From Paraspadella gotoi (taxonomy: Eukaryota; Animalia; Chaetognatha): a DNA stretch of 64,000 nucleotides. The notes below the pieces were generated by a model, which was given only the letters and a program-made list of their open reading frames with translations, made no database searches and was not told the DNA's origin. The position numbers were made by a program, and so were the translations under genes. Below are positions 55,401 through 64,000 of the stretch, one piece after another (position 1 is the stretch's first letter; each line of letters begins with the position of its first letter). The stretch lies in NCBI GenBank assembly GCA_051294375.1, contig CM119266.1, positions 3,515,098 through 3,579,097 on the forward strand, given 5' to 3'.

Positions 55401-55760
55401 TTTATATTATATTATATAATTTATATTATTAATAAAAATTTATTAAAAAATAAAAAGTTAATAAAATAATTATAAAAGTCACATCAAAATATATTTCAAA
55501 AATTCAAATCAAGTATTGATTTAATCATTATTTTATTTAAAAATCCTTTAAAATTAATTTACACACTATAAGATTACGATTTCAAAGAAAAACCGCAAAG
55601 TACCTCGATCACTTGCGATAACTCTGGAGAGTTCCTTTTCCGGGGTCAAAGTTTTTTCAGGTTTATTCAGTCCCAATGTCTTTCTACAGACAAAAAAGAA
55701 CCTAATTAAAGAGTCTGTGACCCTTCATCTAGTGTAATTGAAAATTTTGGGGTAACTCTA
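52420..55760. mobile_element. Non-autonomous hAT-like element, 3341 bp, ~490-bp TIRs, 8-bp TSD CTGTTTAT
   Basis: CTGTTTAT|TAGATGTTACCCAAATTTT ... AAAATTTTGGGGTAACTCTA|CTGTTTAT; 52420-~52910 is the reverse complement of ~55245-55760. Other copies of the locus have a single CTGTTTAT (48756-48763; ~45068-45075 on the minus strand; CTGTTTAC at ~60007). An 8-bp TSD and TAG termini are typical of hAT. Confidence 0.9.
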
Positions 55761-56650
55761 CTGTTTATCATAATAAAAGTGAAAAGAGGAATTTAATTGA
55801 CTTGGTTTTCATCATTCGAGAAGGTGATTCAAATTTAATCAGGCATAATAATTTTTACCTGACTAACTTTTCATTTTTTTATGACCTCTGCCGTTTAATG
55901 ACAAAAATATTCGTATTAAAATCGTCTGGTAGTACGAAGAGGCGACGCCCGTCCCGAGCGGTGCATAAAAAAAATTTAATTAAATTCATACAAATACGAA
56001 AGATGCAATATTAACGAAAGAAAATCACAAGGGACAAGAAAAAGATTTTTTTAATTAAAAAGTGAATATTAATAAAGTTCTGTTTTTTACTTTTGCCGAT
56101 ATATATTTTTTCTTATCTGATTAACAATAATAATAAAAAAAGGAATTGTTTAAAAAGAATAAATATGTATAAAAATTTTTAGTTTTAAAATCTTTTCTTT
56201 ACGGAATTCGAGGCTGCGCCCTTTAATTTTTATCTGCCTAAACAAAAGGATAAAAGGTCAAGTTTCAACGAAGCGAATAAAAGTCATTCTCTGCCTTTTC
56301 ACTTTCACAAGTTCCTTGGCTTCCTCCTGATTTTCTTTGTCGTTCACACAAATTCACAAGTTCAATAATAAATCAATTTAAAAAATCACAAATGCACAAA
56401 CATACACTCACATACACAAATTCACTAAATCACTAAATCACAAAGTCATGAATCAAAAAATTCACTAAGTGACAAATTCATAGATTTACAAATTTACAAA
56501 TTCATAATATTACAGGGTGATACAAACTGAAACTTCTTTTCCTAACCTTCTTCGCTCCTCTACCTCGTTGTGGCTTCTCGTCAAAACTCCTCTATTTATA
56601 TTCGCTCCTTCTCCACCATCTTCTCAACATCTCCCTCTACATGCCATGCC

Positions 56651-56937
56651 ATGCCGCTCCAGCAACCTTTCCGCTTCCCCGACCTCATTCGCTCCAAACG
56701 CGAAGGAGCGGAAATGACGAAAGATGAGGTCGAATTTTTCGTCGGCGGAGTCGTCGGCGGGTCGGTGGAGCCGGCGCAGATTGGAGCCATGTTGATGGCC
56801 ATTTATTACAGGTATGGTTTGAGTATGGAATTACTATGTTAAAGGTATGCCAGAAGTTTAGATAAGGCGAAGAAGGTTTTGTCATCATGGGCTCAACCCT
56901 ATTTGGCCGCTATTGTTTGATGGTGAACGGGGAAGCC

Positions 56938-56999
<62 letters not shown>

Positions 57000-57632
57000 C
57001 TTTCAAGTATTTAAGATGTTAAACCCTTATGGTCACACTCTCTTTGATTATAATTGTTTTCCAATAAAAAGACTTTTGTGCCTCTTCAGTCTTCAGTCTT
57101 CACCTCTCACTTAAAATCATATGAGAGAATTCTGGGACTGAATAAAGTTGACTGAGAGTCTCGATTGAAGGCTAATTTTTATTTTGGTTGTAAAAATTTT
57201 ATCCACCGCCACAGATTCAAATATTTTTAATCCGAAGTTGGTTATAATAGTTCGTGTTCGTAGGACGTTGTGGAAAACTTTGACTTTTCCATTTTCCAAA
57301 GTGTTGCGGACAAAACTCATTTGCTGTGAAGTTTTAATAAAAGTCATTCGTCGAATCTAATTTTCCTAATTTTCCCTTTTCTTAATTTTTAGTGGAATGA
57401 ACCAAGAGGAAACAGCGCATCTCACGCGAGCGATGATGAATTCGGGTGAAAATTGTGACTCAAATTCGATTTGAATTTAGTTTTATGGAAATAAATAAAT
57501 AGAAAAAACATCGATCAGGGGATATTTTGCGTTGGCCTCCGGAATGGAAAGACATTTTGGTCGACAAACATAGTACGGGTGGAGTCGGGGACAAAGTTAG
57601 CATCGCTTTGGCGCCGGCATTGGCGGCTTGTG
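56651..57632 (+). CDS. TYMP: Thymidine phosphorylase, 5' fragment (exons 56651-56811, 57393-57445, 57519-57632), truncated mid-exon
   Basis: [53 protein letters not shown]|[19 protein letters not shown]|[37 protein letters not shown]; [11 protein letters not shown] is the pyrimidine-nucleoside phosphorylase signature. Confidence 0.9.
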
Positions 57633-59940
57633 TTCATTACATTCCGCTCCAACATCTCACTCAACCAACTCCGATCGCTCCTTCCAGACCTCGCTCCCTT
57701 AACAACCACACCGTCCGCTCCAACCGAGAGTCCTTGTCGCTACCACACAACAAACCCGACCCTCGCACATGGAAAACAACTTTAATCCCAGGCTTCGTCC
57801 GCAATTCGGGGAGAGGCCAAAAGACCGACAAACAACAACGAGTCGCCACAAAGTCCTGTTACCCGACGAGAAAGTCTTGCTAGTAAGCGGAGCCGAGCAG
57901 GTACTGGCTGAGCCGACAACAATCCGAGAGTCCATTAGACACGATAATCAAAGAGAATCGGGCTAAAAGCCCTCTCCCGTCTCAACCCGGTCCGTTGCAG
58001 TCGCTGTCAGAACCAGAGAGTCGGACAGAGCCCCGGTACTAGGGACAGAGAATCCGTCGGGCCGAGCCGGTGGCCATCGTTAAATGGTGAAGAATGATGA
58101 AAAGAAATTACAATCGAATGTTCGGGCAAAATCTCTCAAAAAGTCCCGTGTCGGCAAAGCCACTACCTACAATGTCGGACCAAAGCCAAAATAGTTTCCT
58201 GTTTTGTCGGGCAGCATACCCTCTCGAAATCGCCCCGACAATTCTTTTGCCATCGGCTCGAGTCAACAGCGGCGAAGGACAAGTCGACAGAGTGAGCTCC
58301 TACTATCCAGTGATTCAGTCCTTCGGCAATTCTGTCCTGTTCCGTCCAATTCCTCAATCCGTCGTCAATCCGCTCATCAATCGTCGGTCATTACGTCTTC
58401 AATCTGTCGGACAAATTCGCATGAACACCGTCAGTCCATCTGCCCATCAATTGTCCGTGAATCAGTCGATCAATCCTTCAATCGAACCCGTCGGTCAAAA
58501 TCCGTCCCGTCAGTCCATTGGACATTTTCGGCCCATCCATACTGTCCATCAAATCCGTCGGTCCAATCCGTCATCAGACCGTTGGTCATAACCGCCCATC
58601 CATCCGTCATCAATCCGTTCGTCAATAACCGTTCTTCAATCCTTCGGTCAATCCGGCCATCCATCCGTCATCAATCCGTCCGTCAAAATCCGTCGGACGG
58701 ACGTCGGTCCGCGTCGGTCCAGACGACGTCGTCGTCGTCGTCGACGTCGCGAAAAATTCCTTCGAATTTTCAACGAATTTGGAGACAATGAAGGAAATGA
58801 AGAGAGGAAGAGAAGAGGAGAAGGGAAGGAAAATGAAGGAGGAAGAGGAAAAGAAGGAGAAGGGAAAGGAAATGAGAGGAGGAAGAGGAAGAAGGAGAAG
58901 GGAAGGAAATGAGAAGGAGGAAGAGGAAGAGAGAAGGGAAGGAAATGAGAGGAGGAAGAGGAAGAGGAGAAGGGAAGAAATGAGAGAAGGGAAGAGGAAA
59001 AAGAGGAGAAGGGAAGGAATGAGAGGAGAAAGAGAGAGGAAGGGAAGGATAATGAGGGAGGAAGAGGGAAGAGGAGAAGGGGAAGGAAATGAGAGGAGGA
59101 AGATGGAAGAAGGAGAAGGGAAGGAATGAGAGAAGGAAGAAGGAAGAGGAGAAGGGAAAAATGAGAGGAGAAGAGGAAGAGGAGAAGGGAAGGAAATTGA
59201 AGGGGAAGAGGAAAGAGGAGAAGGGAAGCGAAATGAGAGAAGGAGAGAGGAAGAGGAGAAGGGAAGTTCATGAGGCCGGAAGGTAAGTTTTTAAAAAAAG
59301 GAGGAATTTGGGTGAGAGGAAAGATGGTGATGATGAATGATGATGATGAAGAATGATGATGATTATTAATGATTATAAATGATACAATGATAACCGAATG
59401 TGGCTTTTTTTTATCAATTTAATCCCCTGCTTGCTTCCCCACTGCTTTGTTCTTCTCCCCCTGCTTGCTTTCCCCAAACTGCTTGCTTTCCTCCCCGCAG
59501 GGCGTCGCCCTCGATTCCTTCGGACGAATTTTCGTTCTCGATTCGACAATAAATCGAATTCAAGTTTTTTGACGCCGAAAGGAGAAATTGGTGGGCGTGG
59601 CAGTGGAGAGGAGGAGGAGGAGGAGGAAGAGCAGGAGGAGGAGGAAGAGGGAGGGAAAGAACAACGTTGGGAAAAGTACGTCTCTGCGATTGGCCATTTC
59701 TCCGGACGACGGTGAGAAAAACAAAAGAGAGATAGTGAGAGAGAGCAGAGAGAGAGAGAGAGAGGAGAGAGCAAGATTTGAAACCGAAAAACAAAAAAAC
59801 ATTTGAAAAACTGAAAGTCAACAAAGAAACCTCCCATTAATACCAAATATTAAGAAAAATAAATTACTATTTTAGTCTGATATACGTGATCGAACGAAGG
59901 AAAAACACTGCGTCCAAAAGCGTACAGATATAATTTTTAA
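57633..59940 (+). CDS. NHL-repeat gene 3' half, third forward copy (57633-59282, 59501-59711, ~59877-59940), indel-noisy
   Basis: Collinear with 50161-52340; ends ...KAYRYNF*. Confidence 0.75.
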
Positions 59941-60177
59941 TTGATTGATTGATTGATTGATTGATGAATAGCTGAAATTGTTGATTTCATTAATTGAATA
60001 GATGAACTGTTTACAAATTAATTAAAAGTGAAAAGAGAATTTAATGACTTGTTTCATCATATCGAGAAGGTGATCAAATTTATCAGGCAAGTTAATAATT
60101 TACCTTGAGCCAACTTTTTATTTCAATGACCTCTGCCGTTTAATGACAAAAATATCGTTAAAATCGTCTGGTACGTA

Positions 60178-61895
60178 ACGAAAGAAAATCAATCAAGACA
60201 AGAAAGAGATTTTTTAATTTAAAAAGTGATATTAATAAAGTCCTGTTTTTCTTTCAATTGCGACTCCAATCAGAAAAATTTGTATTTTACTTTTGCGATT
60301 ATATTATTTTTCTATTTCTGATTAACAATAATAAAAAAAAGGAATTGTTTTAAAAAAATAAAATGATGTTAAAAAAATTTTAGTTTAAAAATCTTTTCTT
60401 TACGAAATTCGAGGCTTGCGCTTTTTAATTTTTATCTCCTAAACAAAGTTTCAACGAAAGCCGATAAAAAAGTCATTCTTTGCCAAAACTTATCTCTGGG
60501 CTTTTCACTTCACAAGTTTCCTGGCTTCCTCTGATTTTCTTCGTAGTCACACAAATTCACAAAGTTCAATAATAAATCAATTTAAAAAATTTAATTAAAT
60601 TCTACAATATACGAAAGAAAATCATCAAGTGACAAAGAAAGGATTTTTTAATTAAAAAAAGTGGATATTAATAAAGTCTGTTTTTTCTTTCCAATTGCGA
60701 CTCAAATCCAGAAAATTTGTATTTTTAAAACTTTTGCGATATAATTATTTTTTCTTTATTTCTGATTAACAATAATAATAAAAAAAAGGAAATTGTTTAA
60801 AAAAAATAATGATGTTAAAAAATTTTAGTTTAAAATCTTTTCTTTACGAATTCGAGGCTGCGCTCCTTTAAATTTTATCTCCTAAAACAAAGTTTCAACG
60901 AAGCCGTAAAAGTATTCTTTGCCAAAAACTTATCTCTGCCTTTTCAAACTTCACAAGTTCCTGAGGCTTCCTCTGATTTCTTTCGTCGTCACACAAATTC
61001 ACAGTTCATAATTAAATCATTTAAAAAAATTTAATTAAATCATAGCAAATCACGAAAGAAAATCATCAAGGACAAGAAAGAGATTTTTTTAATTAAAAAA
61101 AAAGTTGATATTAATAAAGTCTGTTTTTCTTTCAAAATTGCGACTCAATCCAGAAAATTTGTAATTTTTACTTTTGGCGATTATATTATTTTTCTTATTT
61201 CTGATTAACAATAATAATAAAAAGGAATTTGTTTTAAAAAAATATAAATGATGTTAAAAAAAAATTTTAGTTTAAAATCTTTTCTTTAACGAATTTCGAA
61301 GGCTTGCGCCCTTTAATTTTTTATCTCCTAAACAAAGTTTCAACGAAGCCGATAAAAGTCATTCTTTGGCCAAAAACTTATCTCTGCCTTTTTTGCACTT
61401 CAACAAGTTCCCTGGCTTCCTCTGATTTCTTCGTCGTCACACAAATTCAACAAGTTCAATAATAAATCAATTTTAAAAAAATTTAATTAAATTCACAATA
61501 CGGAGCAAATTACGAAAGAAAATCATCAAGGACAAGAAAGAGATTTTTAATTAAAAAAGTGATATTAATAAAGTCTGTTTTTTAATCTTCGAATTGATCT
61601 TCGATATATATTATTTTCTTATCTGATTAACAATAATAATAAAAAAAGGAATTGTTTAAAAAAATAACATATGTATAAAAAATTTTTAGTTTAAAATCTT
61701 TTTCTTTTACGGAAATTCGAGGCTGCGCCCTTTAATTTTTATCATGCCTAAACAAAGATAAAGGTATTCAACGAAGCCGATAAAAGTCATTCTTCAAACT
61801 ATGCCTTTTCACTTTCACAAGTTCCTTGGCTTCCTCCTGATTTTCTCTTGTCGTTCACTACAAATCACAGTTCAATAATAAATCAATTTAAAAAA
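60178..61895. repeat. ~430-460-bp tandem repeat x4 between the NHL gene and TYMP
   Basis: Units start ACGAAAGAAAATCATCAAGGACAAG at ~60178, 60611, 61052 and 61512; only one unit is present in the copy at ~56015-56385. Confidence 0.85.
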
Positions 61896-62161
61896 ATCAC
61901 AAATGCACAAACATACTCCACATACACAAATTCACTAAAATCACAAAATTACAAAGTCATGAATCAAAAAATTCACTAAGTGACAAATTTCATAGATTAC
62001 AAATTTACAATTCATAATATACAGGGTGATACAAACTGAAACTTTCTTTCCCTAACCTCTTCGCTCCTCTAACCTCGTTTGTGGCTTCTCTCAAAATCCC
62101 TCTATTTATATTCCGCTCCTTCTCCACCATCTTCTCAACATCTCCCTCTACATGCCATGCC

Positions 62162-62473
62162 ATGCCGCTCAGCAACCTTTCCGCTTCCCCGACCTTCATT
62201 CGCCTCCAAACGCGAAGGGCAGCGGAAATGACGAAAGATGAGGTCGAATTTTTCGTCGGCGGAGTCCGTCGGCGGGTCGCGTGGAGCCGGCGCGATTGGA
62301 GCCATGTTGATGGCCATTTTTACAGGTATGTTTGAGTATGGAATTACTATGTTAAAGGTATGCCATTGAAGTTTAGATAAGGCGAAGAAGGTTTTGTCAT
62401 CATGGGCTCAACCTATTTGGCCGCTATTGTTTGATGGTGAACGGGGAAGCCAGCTCTCTCTCTCTCTCCTCTC

Positions 62474-62531
<58 letters not shown>

Positions 62532-63290
62532 TTCTTTCGTTTTCAAAGTATTTAAACCCTAGATGTCTAACTCCTCTTGATTATATCTGCATAAAAGTTC
62601 TCAGTCACTTCACTCTACATCTCTCTCTCCCTCTCTCATTTTCCCTCTGATTATAATTGTTTTTCCAATAAAAGACTTTTGTCCTCTTCAGTCTTCAGTC
62701 TCACCTCTCACTTAAAATCATATGAGAGAATTCTGGGGGACTGAATAAGTTGACTGAGAGAGTTCTCATTGAAGGCTAATTTTGTAAGAATTCAACTTTT
62801 TATTAGGGTTTGTTAAAAATTATCCACCGCCACAGATTCAAATATTTTTAATCCGAATATTGTGTTATAATAGTTCGTTGTTCGTAGGACGTTGTGGAAA
62901 CTTGCACTTTTTCCATTTTCCAAAAGTGTTGCGAGACAAAACTCATTTGCTGTGGAAGTTTAAATGAAGTCCATTCGTCGAATCTAATTTTCTAATTTAT
63001 CCCTTTTCTAATTTTTATGGAAGACCAAGAGGAAACAGCGCATCTCACGCGAGCGATGATGAATTTCGGGTGAAAATTGTGACTTCAAATTCGATTTTGA
63101 TTTAGACTTTATGGGAAAATAAATAAATAGAAAAAACATCGATCAGGGGATATTTGCGTTGGCCTCCGGAATGGAAAGACATTTTGGTCGACAAACACAT
63201 AGTACGGTGGAGTCGGGGACAAAGTTAGCATCGCTTTGGCGCCGGCATTGGCGGCTTGTGGACTTGAAGGTGTAAGAGAGAGAGAGAGAT

Positions 63291-63323
<33 letters not shown>

Positions 63324-63360
63324 NNNNNNNNNNNNNNNNNNNNNNNNNACTTGAAGGTGT

Positions 63361-63423
<63 letters not shown>

Positions 63424-63728
63424 ACAATGTGCAAGAGAGAAAGCGAAAAGACAGCAATGAAATGCAATGCAAAACGCCGCCTTCTTCTAGGTGCCGATGA
63501 TGTCCGGTCGAGGTTTGGCCTTCACCGGCGGAACTCTTGACAAACTGGAGTCGATCCCGGGTTTCAATGTCTCTCTCGATCAAGAGCAAATGTTGAAAGC
63601 TTTGGAGGAAGTTGGATGCGTCATTGTGGTACCTAATTAGCATTTTACAATCGGAATTTTGTTATATACTGTCATCTTTTTCGCCTGTCTTCTCTCTCTA
63701 CTCCTTCTCTCTCTCTTCTCTCTTCTCT

Positions 63729-63781
<53 letters not shown>

Positions 63782-64000
63782 TAACATTTTTCTCTAGTTC
63801 AACCCTCCTAATTTTATCCCGAATCAAAGCAGGATTTATTCTGGCTTCTGAAAAGGGGCCAAACCACCACTATGCCACCACCTAACCTGACCACTCATTC
63901 AAATATGATCATCCCACCTTTATCCCACCCCACCCAGGCCAGACCACCTCCATGGTTCCAGCGATCGATTCTCTACGGGAATCGCGACGTGAACGGCGAC
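62162..64000 (+). CDS. TYMP: Thymidine phosphorylase, 5' exons (62162-62325, ~63018-63069, 63147-63269, 63491-63628, 63938->64000), continues beyond the window
   Basis: Same first exons as 56651-57632 (with indel noise), continuing ACGLK|[46 protein letters not shown]|GQTTSMVPA(DR)ILYG.RDV. These are hallmark TP motifs. Confidence 0.92.

Noticed and set aside
44590-59940. A genuine four-member NHL gene family
   Set aside because: Copies are partial, share introns and flanks, differ mainly by indel noise and are joined at gaps or mid-exon; redundancy of one locus is more parsimonious.
56651-64000. Bacterial deoA/pdp contamination or recent horizontal transfer
   Set aside because: The gene has multiple spliceosomal introns containing host-type microsatellites, so it is a resident eukaryotic TYMP.

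Overview
Eukaryotic (probably invertebrate metazoan) draft-assembly window. It is AT-rich and dense in microsatellites, has many N gaps, and contains several indel-rich stretches that look like unpolished long-read gap fill. Most ORF-track entries are microsatellite translations, so genes were reconstructed by hand from GT-AG exons. Supported content: (1) a minus-strand multi-exon low-complexity gene (~7.2-9.4 kb) with a tRNA-Asp-like gene in an intron; (2) a 3-exon 121-aa signal-anchor/ShKT-domain gene; (3) tRNA-Val(TAC) plus a noisy duplicate, each copy carrying a different neighbouring insertion; (4) DNA transposons: an internally deleted Tc1 with TA-flanked TIRs, a 3.3-kb hAT-like element with ~490-bp TIRs, an 8-bp TSD and empty-site copies, a 2.3-kb TA-flanked TIR element, and MITE-like elements; (5) a six-bladed NHL beta-propeller gene with a TRIM2/3-like C-terminus, whose inter-blade loops are expanded by NPSV repeats, a variable-copy 12-aa [12 protein letters not shown] (RGG) repeat and poly-E; (6) an intron-containing thymidine phosphorylase gene running off the right end. 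The 41-64 kb region holds 3-4 overlapping copies of the NHL 3' half and TYMP 5' part, probably uncollapsed haplotypes or reads. No prokaryotic-type system (e.g. CRISPR) is supported; the most novel candidate is the loop-expanded RGG-NHL protein.
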